From a candidate division FCPU426 bacterium (GTDB taxonomy: Bacteria > Oederibacteriota > Muellerivitia > Muellerivitales > Muellerivitaceae), in NCBI GenBank assembly GCA_963847625.1, contig CAWKAR010000021.1:960-64959 (forward strand): a DNA stretch of 64,000 bases, read 5' to 3'. Below the pieces are notes generated by a model. It was given only the letters and a program-made list of their open reading frames with translations, was not told where the DNA came from and searched no databases. This document shows positions 56,895 through 64,000 of this stretch, piece after piece; the stretch's first letter is position 1; the number at the start of each line of letters is the position of its first letter. The position numbers and the translations under genes were made by a program.

Positions 56895-57884
56895 TCAGGC
56901 TGATTCCCTCACCACCAGATGAGTTTTCATCATCAAGGTGGATCGGTTTTTTTCCTCCCCCTTGACCAACCGCATCAACTTGTGGACGGCCTGCCTGCCT
57001 AACTCGTTCAGGTCCGATCCGACGGTAGTCAGGGCTGGGGAGCAGAGCGAGGCTATGGGGATGTCGTCGAAACCCACCACCGCCAAGGAGCCCTCCATCT
57101 TCCGGGCCTGGAGGGTCTTCAGGATTCCAATGGCCATCCGGTCGTTGGAGGCAAAAACCGCGGTCGGAGGTTCGCCCATTTCGAGGAACTTTTCCGCCGC
57201 CGCTTGCCCGGCTGGAAGCTCGTAATTACCTGGCGCCACGAGGGATTCGGAGAAAGGGATACCAGCATCTTTTAAGGCCCGCTTATAACCCTCCAAGCGG
57301 TCGAAAGAATCGGTCAATTCGGGCCGCCCTGTCACGAATCCAATCCGCTTGTGTCCCTTGCCGATAAGGTATTCTGTGGCTTGGCGGGCGCCGTTGAAAT
57401 TATCGATGACCACCGCGGAAGCCACATCCTCGAATCGGCGTTCGCTGGCGATCACGATGGGGAAACCCTTTCTGGCCAGGTCCTTGAGTTGGGCTTCCAA
57501 GGGCTGGGTGGGAAGCAGGAACAACAGGCCGTCCACCAGGGGCGGATTGGTCAAGGTTTGGACCGTTTCCTTGTCATCCGCATCGGGGCCGCGATATACG
57601 CTCAAGGTGATGAGTTTCCCATGCCGCTCAGCCTCTTCCTCCATGCCGGAAAGGACCGAGGCCACATAGGGATCGTCAAGCGGGGGTGTGATAATTCCTA
57701 AAAAACCGGTTTGCCGCGCCGCAAGGCCCCGGGCGAACCGGTGGGGGCGGTACTGCATTTTCGTGATAACCGCCTTCACTTTTTGGGCCGTTTCGAATTT
57801 GACAGACAGGCCGTTCAAGACCCGGGAAACCGTGGCCTTTGAAACCCCGGCTTTCTCAGCGATTTGTTGGATGGTTGTGGACAT
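56895..57884 (-). CDS. LacI-family transcriptional regulator
   Basis: MSTTIQQIAEKAGVSKATVSRVLNG... HTH plus a periplasmic-binding-like fold. Confidence 0.9.
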   Translation of the reverse strand: MSTTIQQIAEKAGVSKATVSRVLNGLSVKFETAQKVKAVITKMQYRPHRFARGLAARQTGFLGIITPPLDDPYVASVLSGMEEEAERHGKLITLSVYRGPDADDKETVQTLTNPPLVDGLLFLLPTQPLEAQLKDLARKGFPIVIASERRFEDVASAVVIDNFNGARQATEYLIGKGHKRIGFVTGRPELTDSFDRLEGYKRALKDAGIPFSESLVAPGNYELPAGQAAAEKFLEMGEPPTAVFASNDRMAIGILKTLQARKMEGSLAVVGFDDIPIASLCSPALTTVGSDLNELGRQAVHKLMRLVKGEEKNRSTLMMKTHLVVRESA

Positions 57885-57967
57885 TTTTGCCTTTCTGAAA
57901 AACTCCAATCGCAATGTCTATTAAAGAGAGTGGGACAGGCCTTAACCCGCGGCACGCATAAAATATC

Positions 57968-59134
57968 TCAGGCAACTCCCATCAGGATTTCCTGGACATG
58001 CTGGTCCAATTCCTCATAGGGAAGCCTTTTCTTCGAGATCGCCACCGGGTTAAAAGCTTGCTTCTTTAATTTCTCGGCGCCTTCCATCGTGAAATGCCTC
58101 ATCAAACCCTCTAGGTAGGGATCTGATGAATGGATTTCCCTCAGGATTTGCTGAACCTTCCGGTCCGCGTTGAACCTTTTGACTTTTTCCCAAAGGATCA
58201 GGTACATCCGCATGCTTCCCTCCACGAAGTTCCAAACGCCCTTCTCGTCTTCGCTGCGGTAAGGGTGCTCGTCGAAATTGCGGGTGCCGGGCCAGTCGTG
58301 ATCCTCGAGCAGTTTCACCACGAAGAACGTCTCCTTGATGTCTTCCGAGCCGAACCGCAGGTCCTGGTCGAAACGGCTGAGTTTCTGGGCTCCCAGGTCC
58401 ACGTGGTAAAGTTTGCCCGCTTCCATGGCTTGGGCAAAGTCGTGGTAGGTATTCAAGCCGGCCATCCGGGAATGCTCGATCTCGGGGTTCACGCCCACCA
58501 TCTCGGGGTAATCCAGCGTCTCGATGAACGCCAGCACGTGTCCCGTCGTGGCCAGGAAAATATCCCCCCGCGGCTCGTTGGGCTTGGGTTCGATGGCAAA
58601 CTTGAAACCGTAGCCGTTGTGCCGCGCGTAGGCGCAAAGGAAGTTCATGCACTCGCGGTAGCGTTTGAGGGCCTCCTCGGGCGTTTTGGCGGCGTCTACT
58701 TCGGTGCCTTCCCTCCCGCCCCAGAAGACATAGGTCTTGGCGCCGAACTCCGCGCCCAGGTCCATGTTCTTCATGACTTTTTGGAGGGCGAAGGCCCGGA
58801 CCTTGGGGTCGTGGCTGGTGAAGGCCCCGTCCTTGAAAATCCGGTGGTAGAAAAGGTTGGTCGTGGCCATGCTGCAAAGGATGTTGTAATCCTTCATGAC
58901 CTTCTTGGTTTCCTTGATGATCTTGTTGCGCTGTTGCAGGGAGGCGCCGAAGGGGATCAAGTCGTCGTCATGGTAGTTGAAGCCGTAAACGTTGCGCTTG
59001 CCCAGTTCCTTGATGTTGGTGATGGGGTCCAACCGGTCCCGGGTTTCCTCGCCGAAGGGGTCCCTTCCGCGGTTGGCGGTGCACCAAAGCCCGAATGAGA
59101 AGCGGTGTTCTTTTTTGGGTTTGAAGTCAGGCAT
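57968..59134 (-). CDS. xylA: Xylose isomerase (short, class I type)
   Basis: 388 aa. ...FSFGLWC....GRDPFG... Confidence 0.92.
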   Translation of the reverse strand: MPDFKPKKEHRFSFGLWCTANRGRDPFGEETRDRLDPITNIKELGKRNVYGFNYHDDDLIPFGASLQQRNKIIKETKKVMKDYNILCSMATTNLFYHRIFKDGAFTSHDPKVRAFALQKVMKNMDLGAEFGAKTYVFWGGREGTEVDAAKTPEEALKRYRECMNFLCAYARHNGYGFKFAIEPKPNEPRGDIFLATTGHVLAFIETLDYPEMVGVNPEIEHSRMAGLNTYHDFAQAMEAGKLYHVDLGAQKLSRFDQDLRFGSEDIKETFFVVKLLEDHDWPGTRNFDEHPYRSEDEKGVWNFVEGSMRMYLILWEKVKRFNADRKVQQILREIHSSDPYLEGLMRHFTMEGAEKLKKQAFNPVAISKKRLPYEELDQHVQEILMGVA

Positions 59135-59295
59135 GAGTCCTCCCTATGTAACTTTTTGAAACATTTTGTAACCGGTTTCACATTATACAAAAGCTAAATG
59201 ATTTTTAAATACAAAAAGGCCGTGAAAACATTAGGAAAATTTGAAGTTTCAGGAAAAGTTTATAAGTGTTACATCACACAAACTAAAAATCTTTT

Positions 59296-59385
59296 GCCAC
59301 GGATTCAGGGGATTTATGGGATTTGCTTAAAATTTAAAATTAAGAATTTAAAATTCATTCATGTGCCTTTCATGAATGTTTTAAC
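59296..59385. repeat. M2 repeat, partial copy c
   Basis: GCCACGGATTCAGGGGATTTATGGGATTTGCTTAAAATTTAAAATTAAGAATTTAAAATTCATTCATG... matches the left half of copy a. Confidence 0.55.
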
Positions 59386-59671
59386 CTCCAAAAATATTTT
59401 TCCATTTATCTTCCATATCGCTTTTTGTATCCGAAAATCCGGACTGCCCTTTCCCGGCAAACTCATATTCGTCGCAAAAATTTTTCCCTTCCTTGTTTTG
59501 GACGAACTCGGTCGTGGAACTCATGCACTCGTGGTGGACGGTGGCCGAGTAGTGCCGGCAATTGAGACAGCAGTGCAGATACGCCCCGCATTTGACACAA
59601 GTCTCCTCTCGCCCGGGCTGGGTCCCGGGAAAACCCTCCCAGGGCTCCCCGCAGGCATGGCATTTTTTCAC
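59381..59671 (-). CDS. Cys-rich zinc-ribbon protein (hypothetical)
   Basis: 96 aa with CHAC...CVKC...CCLNC.H motifs. The GTG start overlaps the mltG stop as GTGA. Confidence 0.55.
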   Translation of the reverse strand: MKKCHACGEPWEGFPGTQPGREETCVKCGAYLHCCLNCRHYSATVHHECMSSTTEFVQNKEGKNFCDEYEFAGKGQSGFSDTKSDMEDKWKNIFGG

Positions 59672-60705
59672 TTGGAATCCCCCTGCTCCGTTGAACGCCT
59701 TAATAAACTGTTGGCCCTTTGGGTTCTTCGGATTCTCTTGGCGATAATGACGTTCTTTTTGTGCTCCTCCAGGGTGGTGGCGAACAAGTTGGAGCCGTCC
59801 CCTTTGCCTACATAGTAAAGGTAGGGCACCTGGGCCGGTTCCAGGACCGCCTGAATCGAGGCTAAACCCGGATTGCAGATGGGGGTCGGCGGAAGACCCC
59901 GGTGCTGGTAGGTGTTGTAAGGGGATTGGGTGTTGATCTGCTCGTTGGTGATCCAGGGGTTCTTGTTGTTCAAGACGTAATTCAAGGTCGCGTTGACTTC
60001 CAGGCGGATTTTCTGGTGGAGGCGGTTATAGAGGACCCCAGCGACCAGGCTCCGCTCGTCGTCCCTTTTCGCTTCCTTCTCAACGATGGAGGCCAGGGTC
60101 ACCAGCTTGTAGGGGGTCAGCCCCCTTTCCCGGCACTTCTTCTCGAAATCATCCCCCACCGAGTCCTGGAACTGGCGCACCATGAGCTCCAGAAGGGCCT
60201 CCGACCCGGCCGCCATGGGAATGCGGTAGGTTTCCGGAAAAAGGAAACCTTCCAGGCTGGGTCCCTCGATTCCCAGTTTCTTCAGGACTTGCGGGTCTTT
60301 CGCCGTCCTCAAAAACTCATCCGGCGTGGTAGCCTTCAACTTCTCCAATTCCTGGCCGATCTGCTCCGCCGTGTAGCCTTCCGGCACTTTTAGGGATAAA
60401 AGTTCGCTTTTCCCCTCGGAAAGGGTGTTCAGGACTCCCCAAAGGCTCATTCGCGGGTTCAACCGGTACAAACCGGCCTGGAGCCTTCGATCGGCATGAA
60501 TGGCCTTGGACAAGAATCGGAAAGGGAGTGCGAAATGGATGATCCCTTTTTCCTTGAGGTTCCTGGCGATGCTCCTAGCGGTGCTCTTGGAATAAACCGG
60601 GATATCAATGTTGCCGCCTGGCAGGAAAAAGGTGGGAATGAAAATGAAAGCGAACAGGCCAAAGCAAATCAGAAACGCGATTCCGTAGATTTTAAGAATT
60701 TTCAT
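59668..60705 (-). CDS. mltG: Endolytic murein transglycosylase MltG (YceG-like)
   Basis: 345 aa with an N-terminal TM and ...ASIVEKEA...YNRL......LQ.D.T..Y... Confidence 0.9.
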   Translation of the reverse strand: MKILKIYGIAFLICFGLFAFIFIPTFFLPGGNIDIPVYSKSTARSIARNLKEKGIIHFALPFRFLSKAIHADRRLQAGLYRLNPRMSLWGVLNTLSEGKSELLSLKVPEGYTAEQIGQELEKLKATTPDEFLRTAKDPQVLKKLGIEGPSLEGFLFPETYRIPMAAGSEALLELMVRQFQDSVGDDFEKKCRERGLTPYKLVTLASIVEKEAKRDDERSLVAGVLYNRLHQKIRLEVNATLNYVLNNKNPWITNEQINTQSPYNTYQHRGLPPTPICNPGLASIQAVLEPAQVPYLYYVGKGDGSNLFATTLEEHKKNVIIAKRIRRTQRANSLLRRSTEQGDSK

Positions 60706-60991
60706 GTTTATCCAGCGTTTTACCCATGATTATTGAAAAACAGCTTCCGTTCATTATATCCGCAAAAAAAGGTCGTCTAACCAAGGTCCTCGTCGTGGAC
60801 AGCTAGAACCCTGGCCTTCATGGATACATTTCGGACTTTTATAATAAAGGGCTTTCCCACTTAGTTCCCCGAAAGTTCCCCCCGAATTCCCCTTTTCCCA
60901 CTTTTAAAATGGCTCCCAAAAGTGGACAAGCTAGACTTTGAAACGGAAACCGCACCTGTTATTAACAACAACTTTTATGATTTAACCATAA

Positions 60992-62043
60992 GCTGAATTC
61001 AACCAGTAAGTGCAACACCTTGACTAAAGACCTGCTCCGGCGTTTTGAAACGAAGGCACTTGCGAGGACGATGGTTTAGGATCCGTTCCACGCGTCGTAC
61101 ATTCGCTGGGGTTATAGTAGCAAAATCCGTTTTCTTGGGATAGAAGCGACGAACAAGACCTGCAGTATTTTCAACACAACCTTTCTCCCAACTGTGGAAG
61201 GGCAAACAAAAGAATGAACGAGTGCCTGAAACACGATTCACCTGGAGATGTTCGACGTTTTCGGAGCCATTGTCGTATGTGATGGTACGGCGGAGGCCTT
61301 TTGAAATCCGAACCAACCGACGGTTGATTGCGGCTCTAGTGTGGAAAGCTGATTTTTGAGGTAGCCAAGCCAGTTTCACCAGACGACTTTTGCGCTCGAC
61401 CATAACCAGAAGTGAGGGTTTGCTTTTCCGGGAGATGATGGTGTCGGCCTCCCAGTGCCCGAATTGCTGTCTTGTTTCAACGATAGCTGGTCGTTGGGTA
61501 ATGGGAGTACGTTGAGGAATATGGCTTTTGCGATGTTTTTGAGTGTGCCAACGTCGCAAACGTTTTCGATGGGCCCGGGCTAGATGAGGAATGAGGTTTC
61601 GAGCTTCGCAGTAGATGAATTGATAGATGGCTTCATGGGAAACGGAAAGTTTTGGTTTCTCCCGGCGAAGAAAACCGGCAATTTGCTCGGGCGAGAGTCC
61701 ACGAGGTATTTCTCGCAGTACTAAACGGCGAATCTCAGGATTTTTAAGCCTTAAATGAGTACGTGAAAGACGGTTTCGGTGTTCTGCACGCATGTGAGCT
61801 CTGGCGGGCAGGTAGCGGCGAGATCGTATAGGAGGGGCGTTGCGCTTCAGTTCTCGGGAAATGCTGGATACATCACGGCCCAGACGGCGTGCGATTTCCC
61901 GAAGGGAGAGGCCTTCAGCATTCCAAACTGAAATTTCTTCACGTTCGGCTAACGACAGATGCTTGTAGGATGATTTCATAGCACTTAGGATAACCCCCGG
62001 GTTCTGCCGGGTCTAAGTGTTGCACTTCGTTATTGAACTGGGG
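60992..62043 (-). mobile_element. IS30-family IS, type 1, copy B (1052 bp)
   Basis: Appears identical to 9318-10369. 3-bp target duplication TAA (60989-91 / 62044-46). Inserted in the last codons of the cupin gene. Confidence 0.9.
60999..61979 (-). CDS. IS30-family transposase
   Basis: Identical protein to 9325..10305. Confidence 0.92.
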   Translation of the reverse strand: MKSSYKHLSLAEREEISVWNAEGLSLREIARRLGRDVSSISRELKRNAPPIRSRRYLPARAHMRAEHRNRLSRTHLRLKNPEIRRLVLREIPRGLSPEQIAGFLRREKPKLSVSHEAIYQFIYCEARNLIPHLARAHRKRLRRWHTQKHRKSHIPQRTPITQRPAIVETRQQFGHWEADTIISRKSKPSLLVMVERKSRLVKLAWLPQKSAFHTRAAINRRLVRISKGLRRTITYDNGSENVEHLQVNRVSGTRSFFCLPFHSWEKGCVENTAGLVRRFYPKKTDFATITPANVRRVERILNHRPRKCLRFKTPEQVFSQGVALTG

Positions 62044-62350
62044 TAATCAACATCATCTTAAATCGCTCGGTTGCCTTTAGGGCATGCGGCTTATTAGCTG
62101 GCATTATTATCATCTCACCCGCTTTAACATGAGAGGGTTTTCCCTCAATTGCAACTTCCGCCTTCCCGTCAAAAATATAAACCAGTGCGTCAAAAGGGGC
62201 CGTATGCTCGCTTAATCCCTGGCCCTGGTCAAAAGCGAAGACGGTCACGGTACCTTTGTCTTTGCGTATAATTTCTTTGCTGACTACAGAACCATCCTGA
62301 TAGTTCACCAATTGAACTAATTCTTGCACCTGCCCAATGATGTTTTCCAT
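62030..62350 (-). CDS. Cupin-domain protein; last codons and stop supplied by IS30
   Basis: 106 aa. ...GLSEHTAPFDALVYIFDGKAEV.I.G....V.AGEMIIMPANKPHAL.A... The ancestral end reconstructs as ...FKMMLIMVKS then a stop. Confidence 0.75.
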   Translation of the reverse strand: MENIIGQVQELVQLVNYQDGSVVSKEIIRKDKGTVTVFAFDQGQGLSEHTAPFDALVYIFDGKAEVAIEGKPSHVKAGEMIIMPANKPHALKATERFKMMLITPVQ

Positions 62351-62354
62351 TATT

Positions 62355-62900
62355 TCACCTTAATAAGTCTTTATTTCGCTCTGTAGTCTTCATTCCTTGC
62401 CCGATGCCTGGAACTGTTTGGCGATTTTGGGGGACTTGGTTTTCTATACCCTCCGCCGATGAGGAAACGGAAGGGTGTTGAAGAATTTCTCCCACAGTTC
62501 TTATATCCGACTCATTGAAAATCTTCTCAATCCGTTCGAAAAATATATCTTCCTCGAAGCGAATGTGAAGGACGAGAGTTTCGGAAAACTGGAGCAAACT
62601 TACTTTTGTGTTTTGGGAAAGGAAGGATCCCAGAAAGCGGTGTTCCTTTCGTATCCTTTCTGCGTCAGGGTCGCCGTTTCCCATACGCCCCTCAAAGAGG
62701 CTCAATATCCTTTCTTCGTCCCAAAAATGCTGGCAAAGTTCCTCCTTATAAAATTTTTTCAATTCGGAGGACATCTTCCCCAATTGGTTCCCCTCACCGT
62801 CAGCAGGCCCGGAAGAAAGTTGTTCCTTCACCCGCCGGGCCGCCAGAAGGGCTCGATGGTGGGATTGGCTCAAGGGCCATAGGAATTTCTCCCGTTTCAT
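62355..62900 (-). CDS. Hemerythrin-like (HHE) domain protein, NorA/YtfE-like context
   Basis: 181 aa with H-rich helical motifs. 4-nt overlap with the norB stop. Confidence 0.5.
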   Translation of the reverse strand: MKREKFLWPLSQSHHRALLAARRVKEQLSSGPADGEGNQLGKMSSELKKFYKEELCQHFWDEERILSLFEGRMGNGDPDAERIRKEHRFLGSFLSQNTKVSLLQFSETLVLHIRFEEDIFFERIEKIFNESDIRTVGEILQHPSVSSSAEGIENQVPQNRQTVPGIGQGMKTTERNKDLLR

Positions 62901-64000
62901 CTTGTTCCTTGGATTTCATCCGCTTTTTTCAAATAAAACATGGACCTGGCAGTGAAATAAAGCAACGGCAACACCCCGCCCAACGCGAAAATCAGGTCTC
63001 CAATCATCCTCAACCAGGTAAGCTTTTGTACGATGGGTTGGTTCCAAAAATCCACACTGCGAGCGGACCAATAACCATGGGTATAACTCTGTACCATCTC
63101 CATGACTCCCACCGGAAAAATATCCAGTAGGAGCATCAACATCAATCCTATTTGCAATGACCAGAAAGATACTTTAAGTATCCGGTTGGACCAATGCTCC
63201 GGCTTGACCAGGAACCGCAGAACAAAAACCAAAGCTGCGATGGCCAAATTCCCATAAACCCCCATCAAGGCCGCATGTCCATGATTGGGAGTTAGGTAGG
63301 TGGCATGCTCGTAGTAGCTGACGATTGGCAGGTTAATAAGGAAACCGAAAACTCCCGCCCCCAGGAAGTTCCAGAACCCAACCGCCATGAGAAACATGAT
63401 CGCCCAGTAGTGGGCAAAGAACCCGTCCGACTCCATCGTCCCGGCTTCACCCCTCCTGAGCTTGGCGAAATCATAGGCTTCCAAAGTTAAAAGCAAGAGA
63501 GGGACCACTTCCATGGCCGAGAAGAACGCGCCCAGGGCCAGGTTGATGGCGGGCTGGGCCGTCCAATAATAATGGTGGCCGGTTCCGATCATGCCCGAGC
63601 CTAAATAAAGGATGATATCCAGATAGACGACTCGAATGGCTGTCTTGGTAGTCACTAGCCCCAGGATCACGAAGAAATAGGCCACCACGATAGTGGTAAA
63701 CAGTTCGAAGAAACCCTCGACCCAGAGGTGAACCACCCACCAGCGCCAAAAGTCGGCCACCGCGAAATTGGTCCGTGGAGTGTACAGCATGCCGAAAGAA
63801 AACATGAGGGGAATCGCGAGGATGGCATAGACCAAAAGATAAGGCATGCTGCCCCAGTCCTGGCCTTTCAGCCTGCCCCAAACCGCCCTCAACACCAGGA
63901 CCGCCCAAATGCCCATCCCGGCCGTTAGGAGGGCCTGCCAGAACCGGCCCAGTTCCAGGTATTCCCAACCCTGGTGGCCGAACCAGAACCAATATTTCCC
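62897..64000 (-). CDS. norB: Nitric oxide reductase large subunit NorB/qNor, partial (5' end beyond window)
   Basis: Multi-TM heme-copper-oxidase fold with GTGHHYYW and NHGHAALMGVYG motifs. The frame stays open to the window edge. Confidence 0.85.
   Translation of the reverse strand, partial: GKYWFWFGHQGWEYLELGRFWQALLTAGMGIWAVLVLRAVWGRLKGQDWGSMPYLLVYAILAIPLMFSFGMLYTPRTNFAVADFWRWWVVHLWVEGFFELFTTIVVAYFFVILGLVTTKTAIRVVYLDIILYLGSGMIGTGHHYYWTAQPAINLALGAFFSAMEVVPLLLLTLEAYDFAKLRRGEAGTMESDGFFAHYWAIMFLMAVGFWNFLGAGVFGFLINLPIVSYYEHATYLTPNHGHAALMGVYGNLAIAALVFVLRFLVKPEHWSNRILKVSFWSLQIGLMLMLLLDIFPVGVMEMVQSYTHGYWSARSVDFWNQPIVQKLTWLRMIGDLIFALGGVLPLLYFTARSMFYLKKADEIQGTR

Noticed and set aside
60840-60960. 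Possible degenerate IS21-like end (CCCACTTTTAAAATGGCTCCCAAAAGTGGACA resembles the AAAAGTGTGAC repeats of the IS21 termini)
   Set aside because: Only a short partial match, with no partner end and no adjacent ist genes. Too weak to call.

Overview
Chromosomal segment of an LPS-producing (diderm) bacterium, with nearly all genes on the minus strand. All calls come from reading the sequence and ORF track by eye and from motif recall; no searches, folding or statistics were run. Coordinates of non-coding elements are good to a few bp.

The window splits into two parts:
- 1-24.5 kb is an accessory, heavily rearranged region. It holds two tandem NHL-repeat lipoproteins, one IS21-family element, two IS110/IS1111-like elements, an island of an HNH nuclease, two AT-rich membrane proteins and an NYN protein, decayed MazG-like, HNH and ORF6N genes, two PIN/RHH toxin-antitoxin pairs and katG.
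- 24.5-64 kb is core. It holds hisF-A-H-B-C-D, murA, RNase P RNA, rnhA, kdsA-pyrG-kdsB, an ADP-heptose/LPS-core cluster with duplicated hldA/hldC plus gmhA, GT9 and msbA, a xylose cluster (xylB, solute-binding protein, lacI, xylA), mltG, and cupin-hemerythrin-norB at the right edge.
- Four IS30-family copies (two types, two copies each) can be bounded exactly from copy comparison and 3-bp target duplications. Two of them clip the 3' ends of genes.

The most unusual content is non-coding. There is a dense set of small structured repeat families:
- a two-hairpin 'S' element with compensatory stem changes and a strand-specific G.U pair;
- a ~290-bp multi-hairpin 'R1' element that sits upstream of genes;
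- a 25-nt hairpin and a ~58-bp unit inserted inside coding genes;
- several MITE-like elements, one of which cleanly splits the C-terminal sorting domain of a surface protein.

The IS110-like elements sit at the edges of R1 repeats and carry long 3' non-coding ends that could encode bridge-type guide RNAs. No CRISPR array, tRNA or rRNA was seen.
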